Positions 48,207-62,670 of a DNA stretch of 64,000 nt are shown here, piece by piece. Source of the DNA: Octopus sinensis (taxonomy: Eukaryota); the NCBI RefSeq assembly GCF_006345805.1, contig NC_043005.1:47120001-47184000 (forward strand). The letters are read 5' to 3'. Within the stretch, counting starts at the first letter, position 1; every line of letters begins with the position of its first letter. Both the position numbers and the translations under genes were made by a program. Under the pieces are notes generated by a model. That model had not been told where the DNA came from and did not search any database. It saw only the letters and a list, made by a program, of their open reading frames with translations.

Positions 48207-48970
48207 CCTATCTGTATTTATGTATGTATGAACACGCACGCACGCACGCACACGCATACACACACATGTGCACACAGTCACATGAACACACAGGCAAATA
48301 CGAGCATATGCTTTTATAGATGGACGCAGAAGTGCTGAAAAGGTGTAGCAGTTATATATATCCTTTATCACACGAGGTGATAGAAGCTACATAAGGGCAT
48401 ATAGATTAATGCTAAAGGATTTTAAAATTGATGGTTAAAAAGAGACTAGTTCTATATACAAGCCCCACTAAGAAACCCGAATTAAATTTTTTTGATAGAA
48501 AGTTAATGACGCCAGCACTTATTCCACCTCTATCTGACCTATGCCGTGATCAACTGTATTATGTATAAACATTCTTTTGTTAACACAAAAATACCAAAAT
48601 ATCCAACCTTGCATACAAAAAGTATCGTGACTGAATACGACACATCTGTTTCCACTTTACTTCCACGCCTGACTGAATCCTAAATAATAAAAATATTCCT
48701 ATATCACACTAAAATAAATCTTTTCACCATACCTTTCTGTGAACTCAAACCCAACAGACACATACGTTTGCATTTCCTTTGTTTCCAACTTCTACACAAC
48801 TGCCTATTCTTTCTTACAAAACCATACCGAATTACCATTCACATTGCAAAACCTACCCGAAAGTAATTTACCAAAGTCTATCTAAAGCCAAACTGAACAA
48901 ATGTAAACCAGAGTCTGAGAGGCGAACAAGTCAAAGCATCGAAGTCCCTATAACTTTCCTTTTAAAGGTT

Positions 48971-49050
48971 TGTATGTATGTATGTATGTATGTATGTATG
49001 TATGTATGTATGTATGTATGTATGTATGTATGTATGTATGTATGTATGTA
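48971..49050. repeat. (TATG)n microsatellite
   Basis: Direct reading. Confidence 0.95.
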
Positions 49051-49091
49051 TGTGTGTGTGTATTTATCTATGTATCTATGTATGTATAATC

Positions 49092-49509
49092 TTATTCTTT
49101 TACTCTTTTACTTGTTTCAGCCATTTGACTGTGGCCATGCTGGAGCACCGCTTTTTGTCGAGCAAATCGACCCCATGACTTATTCTTTGTAAGCCTAGTA
49201 CTTATTCTATCGGTCTCTTTTGCCGAACCGCTAAGTTACGGTGACGTAAACACACCAGCATCGGTTGTCATGCGATGTTAGGGGACAAACACAAACACAC
49301 AAACATATATATACACACACACATACATATAAATATATGCATATATATACGACGGGCTTCTTTCAGTTTCCGTCTACCAAATCAACTCACAAGGCTTTGG
49401 TTGATCCGAGGCTATAGTAGAAGACACTTGCCCAAGGTTCCACGCAGTGGGACTGAACCCGGAACCATGTTGTTGGTAAGTAAGCTACTTACCACACACT
49501 CCTACGCCT
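49092..49509 (-). mobile_element. SINE family 1, full length
   Basis: Reverse complement of 19637-20042; between (TATG)n arrays. Confidence 0.9.
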
Positions 49510-49695
49510 ATGTATGTATGTATGTATGTATGTATGTATGTATGTATGTATGTATGTATGTATGAATGCATGAATGTATGTATGTATGAATGTATGTATG
49601 TATGTATGTATGTATGTACGTATGTATGTATGTATGTATGTATGTATGTATGTATGTATGAATGTATGTATGTATGCATGTATGTATGTATGTAC
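49510..49695. repeat. (TATG)n microsatellite
   Basis: Direct reading. Confidence 0.95.
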
Positions 49696-50105
49696 GTAAG
49701 TAGACTCAGTACCTGCACGTATATGCAGACATTCAATTTCACATTCATGTTATATTAGTGAGATTTCTAATCTCGAGGCAATGAATGTGTTTTTCTACTG
49801 TTTTATGCGTTTCCCATTTTTAGTGTTTGTTTAAAGATTGCATTCAAAGGCAAATCTTCGTCTCTTAGTAACTGTACTATTACGACTGACTGACAAATAT
49901 CATACCAACGTATATACAAATGTGTGTGCCTGCGTGTGTGTGTATGTGTGTGCGCGCGTCCACACGAGTGTGCGTGCGTATGCGTACACATTCACATTTC
50001 TTTGTGTGTATGTCTCTGCATATGTTAGTGTTTTGCAGACGTTCATACACACACATACAATATGTATACACACATGCACACACACATACAGGCACACACA
50101 CACAC

Positions 50106-50153
<48 letters not shown>

Positions 50154-51729
50154 CATATATACATATGAGCTTCATTTAGATAATGAGGTATACGTTTGCA
50201 GTTACATATTCATGTGACTGAGAATATATATATATGTTGTTAAAAGTATTTTCTGGAACACGTGTTTAACTGTTTTGCGTGCACTCATGTTAAGATGGCT
50301 GCTCGTTTGTTTGTTGATTTGTGTGAATAAATGTGCGGCCCCTATATGCGTTCATACCGAGACCCCGTATATTCATTCTTATATACGTGTATGTTTTTCT
50401 GTTTGCTAGTGTGTACTTACTGCAATGGTATGTATATACATATATATACATGCACGTCCACATATCAATGCAAGAGTTCCCACAACGCCAAGAAATGTAT
50501 TCTAACATGGCGGCGAGTTTGGGGGACATTTCAGCTAAAGCTGATTACTTCTGTTTAGTTAGTTCTTAAAGGCGCATAAAAAATTGGAGTATCATAAATC
50601 GAAAGCCTGTGACATTTAGAAGTTTTATATTGTAGCCCTCGCTCTCTCCTTCCCCCTCTCCCTCACTCTGTCTGCCTGTCTGTCTGTCTCTTTTTCTCTC
50701 TGTATCTATCTAATTGTTTATGTAGCTGTTTATCCTCTTTTTTCTATTCACTCTCTCTAACCCCTTTCTCTCCCTCAAACTCTCCCTCTCTCTCTCTCTC
50801 TTTGTGTAATTTATTTCTTATCTTCCAACTCTCTCTTTTACACATTCTTCCCTTGCCTTCTCAGAGAATAACACGCCGAAGTCATTCAAACATTTTTCTT
50901 TCTTTTTTCTTTTTTTTAGTCTTTACAATCAATAGCTTTTCTCGGACTACCATTACTTTACTCATTACTACAATAACCATTATAGTCATCATCATCACCA
51001 TCATTCGAAATTCCAGTCCATCATACTAATATGACCTACTTCCAAAGCTTCAGCCACGATGTAGCCATTCTTCCTTTCACTGAAACCAAACCCAACTTTA
51101 AACTTATCCTACAAGTACCATTTTATGTTACTCACCAAGTTAACACCAATCCATCTTGATTACAACCTCCACCTTTTTCTCTCTTTCATTTCCCCCGTCT
51201 TTCGTCCCTTATAACTCACAAACCACTTCTTACTTTTCTTTCATTTCCCTCCTCCCTATCTTTTCTCTTTTACCATATGTCTCCCACTGATTCTTTACAA
51301 CTCTCCTTTCCCTATACTTTATTCACACACATAGGTATACATACACACAGACAAACACACTCATGTATGTGTGTATGTATATGTATACCTTCTTTACTAC
51401 TTTCATTTTTATCTTAATCAAATATTCTCACTCACTCTCACACACACACTCTCTCTCCTTCTCTCATTGACTACCAATTTATTTTCTCCTCTATATATCC
51501 TATACATTATCTCCCCACCTTCATTCTGGTGTCTCCTTTTCTCATCCTTTCTCTTTTACCCTTGCTTTTTTTCTGACTCACACACAATATCCTTCAATTT
51601 GTTACCTTATACTATTTCTCCTTCTTCCTCTTCCTATATCCATCAAGCACTTTGAATCTCTCTCTCACTCTCCCTTTCTTTCCTTTCACATTTGACTTCT
51701 CAGAAGGCCATACATTTTATGAGAGCGAC

Positions 51730-51890
51730 ATAGTCTATTAAATCTTCGTCTGTACCAGATTGGTATTTCTTACATTGACTCCAGGTTAACGAAAGGCTTA
51801 GAAAAACTAGTTGAGATTTGAACTCAGAACCTGAATAAATATAAACAAATACGGTAAGATATTTAAATCAGGACTTTATTCTACTTACCA
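51730..51890 (-). mobile_element. SINE family 2-like relic
   Basis: GAGATTTGAACTCAGAAC (reverse B box) and AGATTGGTATTTCTTA..ATTGACTCC resemble family 2. Confidence 0.45.
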
Positions 51891-52117
51891 GCGACTAGTA
51901 GATTGAAGAGTGGGTGGATCGTTGGAGGAATTTGAAATGTTAACGAAAGCGGAAGCATCTGATTGTCTTATATTATTTCGTTGTACCCATGTAGGTTCAG
52001 ATTTCACATCCCACTATATGTAGATTTACTTCTTCCATGCGCCATCAGCTGGATGCTGTGACTCCTTGGTGAGTTCTTTGAGAGGTGCAATGTGTTTGTC
52101 AAAAAAATTTGGTGATA

Positions 52118-52232
<115 letters not shown>

Positions 52233-52395
52233 GTATAAACACACACACAGACATGCTGGAAGTAAATAGACACTTTTAATTTTCAAAATTTCTGATCTAA
52301 ACGTCTTAATATGTTTTCAGCGGTGTAGAATTTACAATGTAATTATTCTTTTTTATTTCATGTGCTATTATATTAAGCATTTGTGAAGAGTAACT

Positions 52396-52700
52396 ATGCC
52401 ACGCACCAAAAATTCAGTAGAACTGTCAGATTTTCAAAGAGGTCGTATTGTTGGGTAATCTGAGGTTGGTCTTAGCCAGCGAAAAATTGCCGAACATCTT
52501 CAAATTCCTCTTGCTACTGTTAATAGAATAGTGCAATTCAAAAGCCAAGGAAAAGAATCAACAGATTCTCGTCACGGCCGACCTAGGCCCTCGGAGAGGA
52601 AGTTTCGCTGTTTGAAGAGAATTGTGGAAAACGAACCCAGTTCGAAAGGCTTCTGACATTGCAAAACAGCTAGAAGTTAGTCCAAGAGCGTGTATTACAC
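52396..52700 (+). pseudogene. Tc1-type transposase N-terminal (paired-like HTH) fragment
   Basis: [45 protein letters not shown]...[15 protein letters not shown]; in-frame stop, then frameshift. Confidence 0.8.
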
Positions 52701-53024
52701 ATCCCAGTTTCTGAGTAGGGATGTTTGGTTGGAAATAAAATCCCACCAATAGTAACCTATAATCCTACAAAATGTCCTGATACCAAAGGAGTTCAGGCAG
52801 CTCTTAAGGGTCCCACACAATGTTCAGGTTTCACAACTGCTTTGCGAAACTTATCTTGACATTCGGAAAGTAAAAGTCGGAGCTAGTACTGATAGCATTT
52901 TCTCTAACCTTCTAACAATTCTTTCAATCTACATTCCTTGATAGAGGAACCTTTGATGATTGTGTGTACAAGGATGAAAAGCAAATTTAGAATCGATGAG
53001 ATGTGACTTCAGTTTTTAAAAAAA

Positions 53025-53110
53025 TCTGGAGTCAATTCATTCGATTAAAATTCCTCAAGGCAGTGCCCTAGCATGGACGCAGTCTAATGACTGAAATAAG
53101 AGATAGAAGA
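53025..53110 (+). mobile_element. SINE family 1 3' tail fragment
   Basis: GGCAGTGCCCTAGCATGGACGCAGTCTAATGACTGAAATAAG. Confidence 0.7.
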
Positions 53111-54435
53111 TTAAAAAAACATTTCGAAACGTTTGAAATCATTATTGCGATATGCTTTTTCAAGAGTAACTTTAGGTAGAATTTGTAGAACAGCTTACAA
53201 ACCATTTAATGGATTCAGTTGCGTCTCACTCTGTATTTTGAATTCTTTTTCTCACCAAAGTACGGCTCGATCAGTGGGTTGATATACAATCAATCATTGT
53301 ATGCGCGCCGCCCAAAATTATAGTTTATGTCCAGTGTTAGAAATGATCGTTTTTCTTTCATTTGTTCCTCCGTAACAGCTTTTTGTTTACTCTTATATTC
53401 ACTATTTTCATTTAGTTTCTTCTACCAACCTTTCATTCATAACATGCTATCTCTCCAAATCTCTCTCTCTCTCTCTTATTCCCTCTACCTCTCTCTTCAA
53501 TCTTTGCATTTCTCCTTTTCACCTAATCTATCGTTTTCACCCTCTTTTTATTTTTCTCTGGTTAAACTCTCTTGTCATTTCTATAATTTTCGTTCTCTCT
53601 ATCCCCCCTCTCTCAGTTCCCTGTGCTACTACCTTCCTTGTTTGTTCCTGCATTCTGTTCATTATCGTGTTCCTTTTTATTCATTTTTATCCTCTCTTCT
53701 ACAGCTGAGATTTCGTATCCACTAATACTTTTCCAGCTCCTCTTTTCCTTCCTCTCCTCGTTTTGTTACGTATCTCTGATTTACTTCCATCTCAAGCTAG
53801 CAATGTATATAATATTATGCAAGTCAAGCGTGTCACAGATTCGCATTCTGAGTTCAAATCTAGTTAGCAACGTCTTTGCTCTTTAGTGTTATGTAATAAT
53901 TAATAGGGATATACTGGATCAATTCCATCGATTATCGATTATACCTCTTTTAAAATAAATGATTATATGAAGTTCAAAGAAGAAAATATACCAAATTACT
54001 TGTATGTGATGTTTGATTTCCCATCCAGTTATAAACCTTTACAATCGGAACGAGTGCCCTGTTTCACAACGAGGCTTACCTGTATGAACACCGTTCTTCA
54101 TGCTAAAACCTTCATGTGTTACCTTCCGCAGCCCACAGGAAATTTATTTTAGATCTCTGTTCCTTTAATGATGGTTGCAACAGGTTATGGTGGTATACGA
54201 CACCCAACTACGGCACCTGTACCCTTTTACGTGTATTAAAATAGACCATTTTTATATACCGTGTGAAAAAGGGAGTACAAACCAACTCATTTTCTTCGCT
54301 ATAGTAACATACTTTTAACTCGGTGATCTGCAGCTGTTGTAGAAGGTGCAATTACAGCAGATGCACATAGTATTTTATCTCTTAAAAATACAGACTTTTA
54401 AGCAGTAGCGCTGCGTCACCCTAAATAGGATTCAA

Positions 54436-54595
54436 TTACATTCTATTTCCTTGTTTCGATCATTGGACAGCGACCATGCTAGGCCACTGCATTGAAGAGT
54501 TTTAGTAGAACGAATCTTCCTCAGTACTTATCAAAATTTGAAGCCTAGTACTTATTTTATGGGTCTATTTTGAGAAGCTGCTAATTTACAGAGAC

Positions 54596-54631
<36 letters not shown>

Positions 54632-54791
54632 GGCAGGCTTCTTTCAGTTTCTGTCTACCAAGTACACTCAGAAGCCTTTGGTCGGCTCGTGGCTATAGAA
54701 GACACTTGCCCAAGATGCTTCGCAGTAGAACTAAATCCGGAACCATGTGGTTAGGAAACAAAATTTTTACCACACAGCCACGCCTTCGCCT
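54436..54791 (-). mobile_element. SINE family 1, diverged
   Basis: Matches family 1 from head (CACAGCCACGCCT) to tail (CTTGTTTC.ATCATT.GAC.GCGACCATGC). Confidence 0.8.
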
Positions 54792-55248
54792 AATTGAAAA
54801 TGGACATAAGAAATCTTTTCCCACATTAATTACATTTGTTAATGAAAGAAAGAAAATAAAAAAATTGGTCTGAGTTCGGTGAGTTTAGATTTTTCATCGA
54901 TGATGTATTATATTTGAGATATGTCAAGGTAAAAATGTAAATTTAGAGTTAAAATTTTATTGCTCACAATAGTAATTTCGTAGTATGCTGGGAAGTGGAA
55001 TATAGAACAAATTTGAAGCCTAATATTCTACATTTGTTCACTTGATTAGAATAGCAATGTTTTCCATGTATTCTGAAGAGAGGGGGGTTTCAGAACTTTA
55101 TTCACCTCCTCTGGCATTTAGAATCCATACCATCACCACCATAAAATTTTTTTAAAAACTTTTCTTGTAGTTACTTTTCTCGTTTAAGAATATCAGTCTC
55201 TCCTATATAACTTATTGTCATAACTTCTTTTTTTTTAATTTTCTACAC

Positions 55249-55574
55249 CAGGGGTTCTCAAACGGGGTCCACATGGACCTTGGAAGTCTATATAAGATAT
55301 ATTTGGCGGAGAGGGGTCGATAGATGCAATACAATTAATTGGGAGTCCACGGTAATTTTGCAGGGGCTATGAAAAAATTGTGTTTCAAACCAGTAAAGTT
55401 TACTGCAATAAATTGGTTATGCTGCCATAATACACAAAATATTTTAACAATTACTTTTATAAAATTCCTAATATTTAATTATAAAAATACAATAGGATTT
55501 TTAAATATCGAATGGCTATGGTGGTCCACCCAAGGTAAATAAAAATCAAAGGGGTCTATGGTTGAGAACCACTG
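55249..55574. mobile_element. hAT (Charlie-like) MITE with TSD
   Basis: TIRs CAGGGGTTCTCAAAC / GTTGAGAACCACTG; 8-bp TSD TTCTACAC (55241-55248) / TTCTAGAC (55575-55582), one mismatch, matching the NTCTAGAN preference of Charlie-type hATs. Confidence 0.9.
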
Positions 55575-55935
55575 TTCTAGACGATGCAGTTGAATACTCA
55601 TCGTCAAACCGACGGAGATGCATTCTTTATTTTGCAGTCCTAGTTGATGATCAAACATGTGTAATACTTTATAAAATAAAATCAAGTTATACTATAAACA
55701 TGGAATATTATTTGAGAAAGAATACGTATACTAGAGTTCGATATTAGAATATCGTATGATATTTAGAACCTACACCATAACCTAATTATCATTCAACAGA
55801 GCTCTGCTTATCCCAGAAAAATTAAACTTACCACCAAAGCGTATATTAAGGCAAGAAGAACTCAAATGTATCACAGTTCAATGAAGGTTATGTCGCCCAA
55901 AACTTCTAATTTACTGTGAACACTATTCTTATATA

Positions 55936-56000
<65 letters not shown>

Positions 56001-57833
56001 ATATATATATATGATACCTTATAAAATGATACAGTGATACACATACATATTGTAGGATCTGTTGTAAGAAGGCTCCAAGGATAAAAATGTTACATATTAT
56101 TCAAGACTCACTGACTCGTTTTGCCTATCCTCCTTTAGCGTGCGCCGTTATCTCATACTTGGTTGTTCTAGGATTTGAAACTCTCTGAGAGAAGCAAACC
56201 TGAATTTTCTATTAAAATATCTCGATTATTTTGATGGAAATTTCTAAAATTACTTTTGTGTTCTTCAGTTTTAGTTTCAAACACAAAAGTTTGATTTTCA
56301 AATATAAACAATGGACGACCCAAATTTTATATAAAATTAAATATGTATACAATAGGAAAAGTAACAAGATTGCTACAACCAAAATGAAAATAATTATAAT
56401 GACTTGTTCACAAATTCCAAATATTTTTGCCTTCTATTTTCAGCACTAGCACGGTTTCAATATTTTTATTCCCAAAATAGAAAAAAATTCGTCTCCTGTG
56501 GTCTTTGTTATTTTTTTTTCTACACATCGCACGGATGATGGAAATTTCTTTACGAAATGTTGAAAATTAATATTCTAATATAAGACAGACATGTAATTTG
56601 AACGTGAACCATGTTTGTCTGTGAGTTCAAAACTAACTAACGAAGCTAACACTATTTCGCGAAGGTCGGTGCATTGGTTGCTTTGTGAGAGAGAAAACGT
56701 ATAATTTGTTTGATTTTAACTCTAACTCTACCCAATTTCTCCCTCTCGTTTAGTCGAAAACCCAATTTTGAACAACTTTTATAACCGTCGTGAAACAGCG
56801 CTTGCTTCGTTAGTTTATTTCAACATTCAATCATGTCCACAAATGACATTGTTGGCTTATAAAAGTTTCAGAAGTTTCCGGTTGTGAGATGTTCAAACGA
56901 ACAGTAGATTACGAACAAAATGTATACTATCAAATACAATCAAATTGTAATGCTCTTTCAAACAACTTTATAGTTACAAACGTAAATAGTAAAGATGAAA
57001 ATAAACTAATTATGATACAGAACCGGGCATGATGAAAACAATAAACAAAGAACCAGTGAAATTTCAAAACAAAGTTTTTGAAATTATCAAACCTTTTGAA
57101 ACCAATTCTTTAAATGCTTCATAGGTTGGCAACCAGGTGTGCAAATGTCCCCACATACGTTTCTTCAGCTACTCCGGGAACTTGGCTGGGTTCCCTGCGT
57201 GGATTTTTGAGATGTTAGCGTTTTTGAATCTGAGTGGAGGAATGTTGTCGTGGTTGTATACCCCAAGATACTTTTCAACTAGCAATACTATTGTCAAAGA
57301 CATTTCAGTGGTGATTATCTCGCTTGCTGTCTTTTTTATTTATCACGAGTACATTGTCCAGTGTTTCTATCCTTTTTTTCAGAATGATAGTATGATTTAA
57401 AGGAGTATGATTGTCAGTTCTAGTAGGTAGATAGCTAAACTAGTCATTGATTAGATCTTTTTAGTTGTAACATAACTTTTTGGTGTAGTGGATCGTTAAG
57501 GTTGAAGGAATATTCATGCATTTATTTTTTTTCAAATTATAATCTTCATTCTCAAAATTGATAATTTAGAAAGATATTCCCCTTTGTTTTAGAAACGAAA
57601 ATGAAGCATGTAGCATATAAGATTAAATCATTAAAAAGTTGCTAAACTTCTAAACTAAAAAAGACAAATTCCTAGCAAACTATAGCTTGAATTTTAACTG
57701 GAAATAAAAGCAAACGGTTTTTGTAAACTTGTTAGTTCTTGCAGCTAATACTATTCTCTTTCAAAACTACCAATATTTTGATCATATTTAAAAAATTTTG
57801 CATTACCAAATACTATTTCGATTCGATTTTGGC

Positions 57834-57918
57834 ATGCAGCTGGAATATACCAATTTCTACTTGGTGATTGTTCTTTTCACTGTGGTTAGTCTACATGGAT
57901 TAAAATTTCTCATTCCGG
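57834..57918 (+). CDS. Candidate first coding exon encoding a signal-peptide-like N-terminus (unverified)
   Basis: ggcATG CAG..., MQLEYTNFYLVIVLFTVVSLHGLKFLIP, then a phase-1 donor G|GTGAGT at 57919; possible acceptor TTCTTGCAG| at 57744. No homology recognised. Confidence 0.25.
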
Positions 57919-59037
57919 GTGAGTTATGGGTTTTGCTAAAATACCAAATAACTGTATAAACGGGGACCGACGACAACAACAAATAGCATATTTTTTGTTT
58001 TTGTTTACGACCAAATCAAAACAACTTGAGCAAATCTATTATCAAAAGCATTTTAGCCATCATCACCTCCATATTCATCTTTTCCAAACAGCGCATATAG
58101 GATTGAACTACCTAATATCTGCTTCCTTCCTTTTTTTATATGACAAAACAGCGTTAGATTATTTGGCTGCTATTATTAGCAAGTTTAGGAAATATAGATG
58201 ATCTTCACTCGTTAGCTCAGTACATTTTTGTTAGTTACACTGGCCGCCGTCATCGTTGTGTTATGGAACATTTTATTGCAAACGAAACCTAAATTCTTTG
58301 AAAAACATTCCTCCAGAAGCTGTTATTCAATACACAACACTAGACAGTGATGGTTGGCAAAATGAAAGTCGTAAATAAGAAAAAGGCCTCTCTTTCAACA
58401 GATTATGAATAAATCATTAAGCATTAGGTTTCCCCGACGCTTTTCCTTAAATATTGACGACTGTCCAGACTAGTGGACAGGCGAACGAATGACCAGTCAG
58501 ACTGATATCAAGGAAGGGCGAAACTAAGAAGAATGACTAAATGACGGGCAAATGAAAGATATCTGATCCTACTTGGTGACATGAGATGGGAGATGGAAAC
58601 GAGAGGACAGTGGAGCGAGCGAGAGAGAGAGAGAGAGAGAGTGGGGATAGCGGGAGAGAGAGAGAGAGTAAAAGAACGAAAGGAAAAGAGGTGAGAAAAT
58701 GAGAGACAAATAGTAAAGGAATAAGAGATAATCAGGAAAATCTTCCATGTTTATCTACTTCAGTTGATTCTTTCAGCGGCAGGTTTTTACTGAACATGAA
58801 ACGAACAGTTTGACAAATTGTAACATAGCCATTCAGTGTTAGATATGATATTAAATAGGGGGAACTTCAGAAGGGAAGAGGTCAGAGATTGTTCTGTTTT
58901 TCTGTATTTTCTATATTTCTCTCCTAATCTTCTTTGGTTTGTATGTGTATGTGTGTGTATAAATGTACACACACACACACGCACATATGACTGAATACAC
59001 ATGTATATACATACATATGTATATATATAATATATAT

Positions 59038-59073
<36 letters not shown>

Positions 59074-59153
59074 CATATGTATACATACATACATACAAAT
59101 ATATATATATGCATGTATATGTATTCATATATATATATATATATTATATATAT

Positions 59154-59248
<95 letters not shown>

Positions 59249-59713
59249 TAGATGGTTGGATGGATTGATAAGTTACTCTGTGTCACTGTCAAATACACAT
59301 CTTATGTAAATTTATGCATGCCTGCTTAAACATTGCCCAACAACTAAATTAAGTCTTAAATACTCAAATGATAAAATCCGACATTCAGGTCATGGTCGAA
59401 ACGTTTCAATCCCCAACAGTGAAGTAATTGTCTCTATTACCGCTGATTGTATGTCTATTCCAGTCTGCTTTGAAGCGCTCGATAAAACTGAAACAGTCTC
59501 CAAGTTAAAAACTCTAATATGATGAGGAGAGTATAATGTCCCCTCCTGTCTACGATTTCTTTGCCTCTCTCTTTCACAATCTTAATTTTCACTGTCAGAC
59601 ACCAGCTCTGACTTCACTTAACTTTCAATGACATCCTGCATCGATCAACGATAATCCCCTACCTTCAAATAATTTTTACGTTTCCCTTTATATCTCTCCT
59701 GTCTTTCCTGTAT

Positions 59714-59920
59714 CTTTTACTTGTTTCAGACATTTATCTTCGGCCATGCCGGAGCACTGCTTTGAAGGGTTTAATCGGACAAACTGACCGCACCACAAAA
59801 CTTTTTTTGTTTTGTTTTTAGTCTTATCGTGTCGATTTCCTTTCTATTGCTTTTGCCGAATCGCTAAGTAGACCAACACAGGTCGTCATGTGGTGGTTGA
59901 CGACAAAGACAGTATAAATA

Positions 59921-59985
<65 letters not shown>

Positions 59986-60161
59986 TACACACACACACAC
60001 AGAGTTCCTTTCAGTTCTCGTGTACCAAATCCATTCACATGGCTCTGATCGTCCCGGGACAATATTAGAAGACACTTATCTAAGTTACCGCACGGTGGGT
60101 CTGAACCCAAGACGACAAGGTTGGGAAGGAATGTTCTTGACCACACGTCCACACCTGCACT
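59714..60161 (-). mobile_element. SINE family 1, diverged, internal (CA)n expansion
   Basis: Tail CTTTTACTTGTTTCAG.CATTT..GGCCATGC; head GAAGACACTT..CCAAG..ACCGCACGGTGGG.CTGAACCC..CCACAC. Confidence 0.8.
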
Positions 60162-61165
60162 TATTGCAACGTCTGCGCCTATGAGCCACCTCGGCACCTA
60201 TGAGCCACATCTATATCTGTGACCTACGCCTGCGCCTGAATGTCTGCCTCGCCTAAATATCATGCCTACGCCTAGATGTCTGCTTCGATTATTTACTATA
60301 CTATAATTCGCAACATGCTAAAATATTGGATACAAAATTTCTACACTATCACTTCATACAACCATTCTTCTAGTCTGGAATCTATCCACACTAGAAATAT
60401 TTCTTGTGCCGCCACTTTTCTTAATTCTAAACAACGCATTTACTACAGTATACAAGGAGGCAGCAAGGAGTGTTCTCAATTATTATAGATGTTACAACAT
60501 AAATTTTCAATATGTAGAAAGATATATATATATTAAATGTATATATTCTGTTTACAATCTTTACTCATAAATTCGAAACATTCAAATGCGCCTGAATTAT
60601 CTGAATGCAGAAGAGATTGTCTCCCCTACCAAAGCTGACCACATTAAAATAAATGTTTTAATTATATTTGTTCAGAGATTTTAGTAGGCGTTTCGACCAA
60701 AACTGTTGAATCCCTATATATTATATTTATCAAACACATATACGCACACACACGCGCACAGACAAAAACACACACATATTAATACGCCCGCGTACAAACA
60801 TTCATGATTGTGCAAATCCTATATCTATATTCCCGATTAATATATACTGTTAAGTAATTCGAACCAATGCTGCCTCCGTCGATAACAATGAAATATATAT
60901 ATATATATACTTTAGCCAAATCTTGATATTAGGTCTCTGTAACATAATGCAATAAAGTGTTCCCTGATAATCCGCTCTAGTTAAGCAACCATTACGAACT
61001 CAAATGTGTATGAATGTGTATGTATATATTATAACGTTCGATTAGTTACTCTAAATAATTGTGAAACACCCACCATATATAAAATTATGCATGAATGCTT
61101 AAAACATTGTCAATACATAAACATACCTATCAATCTCTACACGTGAATACTTGTGTATATATATG

Positions 61166-61228
<63 letters not shown>

Positions 61229-61256
61229 TTTATACATATATACTTATATACATATG

Positions 61257-61295
<39 letters not shown>

Positions 61296-61850
61296 TGTAT
61301 AACAGATGTCCATATAATTTACTTGTACATATATAACAGAGAAGGATTACAGGTCTTTACCGAGCCATTGGTTCATGTGACCGGTTTCATGAATTCTGTG
61401 GGGTATATATGTTCTTCTCCTGGACAGGTTTTATGGTCCAGAGCAGAACACATCACCCGGTCCACGTATCAAAAACACAATCTTATAACCACGATGCCTT
61501 AGCCACTAAGTCCGCTGTTTCCACATATATATTTATGTATATGTGTGTGTCTGTGTGTTTCTGCATACTCACATACTCACATACACACATTCACCTGTAT
61601 AAAAGCGAGTATGTTTCTAATTAAATATACAGACATTGTCAACACACAGGTGTGGCTGCATATATGTAAGTTATATTTCCTTGTTTATATCTACTGTTAC
61701 CTATGAGCACCTCTATGAGTGTCCCCTTTACAAATATATATATGTGTGTGTGTGTGGTGTGTGTGTGTGTGTAAAGATATATATGTATGTATATATATAT
61801 ATATATATGTATACACATATATATATGTATGTGTATATATCTCTCTTTCT

Positions 61851-62256
61851 CTTTTCTCTCTTTTACTTGTTTCAGTCATTTGACTGCGGCCATGCTGGAG
61901 CACCGCCTTTAGTCGAGCAACTCGACCCCGGGACTTATTCTTTTGTAAGCCCAGTACTTATTCTATCGGTCTCTTTTGCCGAACCGCTAAGTAACGGGGA
62001 CATAAACACACCAGCATCGGTTGTCAAGCAATGCTAGGGGGACAAACACAGACACACAAACACACACACACGCATATATATATATATATACATATATACG
62101 ACGGGCTTCTTTCAGTTTCCGTTTACCAAATCCACTCACAAGGCTTTCGTCAGCCTGAGGCTATAGTAGAAGACACTTATCCAAGGTGCCACGCAGTGGG
62201 ACTGAACCCGGAACCATGTGGTTGGTAAATAAGCTACTTACCACACAGCCTCTCCT
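61851..62256 (-). mobile_element. SINE family 1, full length, young
   Basis: Close reverse-complement match to 19637-20042. Confidence 0.92.
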
Positions 62257-62289
62257 ATATATATGAATGTATATATATATGATTGATTG

Positions 62290-62332
62290 ATTCTAGTTTC
62301 AGCTTATGAGCTGTGGCCATGCTGGGGCACCG
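62290..62332 (-). mobile_element. SINE 3' tail variant
   Basis: Minus strand CGGTGCCCCAGCATGGCCACAGCTCATAAGCTGAAACTAGAATC; related to 33040-33090. Confidence 0.65.
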
Positions 62333-62357
62333 ATATATATATATATATATATAAATG

Positions 62358-62389
<32 letters not shown>

Positions 62390-62445
62390 ATATATATATA
62401 TAATTAAATATTATAAATATATATATATATTTATACATTTAAATA

Positions 62446-62518
<73 letters not shown>

Positions 62519-62551
62519 CATATATATACACACTTGGATATATCTATCTAT

Positions 62552-62592
<41 letters not shown>

Positions 62593-62670
62593 ATTAAATA
62601 TTATAAATATATATATATATTTATACATTTAATATATGAATATAAATATATATATACATATATATATGTA
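62333..62670. repeat. Complex (TA)n array with an internal ~45-bp duplication
   Basis: TAATTAAATATTATAAATATATATATATATTTATACATTTAA occurs at ~62401 and ~62591. Confidence 0.85.

Noticed and set aside
54070-54110. Minus-strand micro-exon ATGAAGAACGGTGTTCATACAG|GTAAGC
   Set aside because: Too short to evaluate and no supporting exons.
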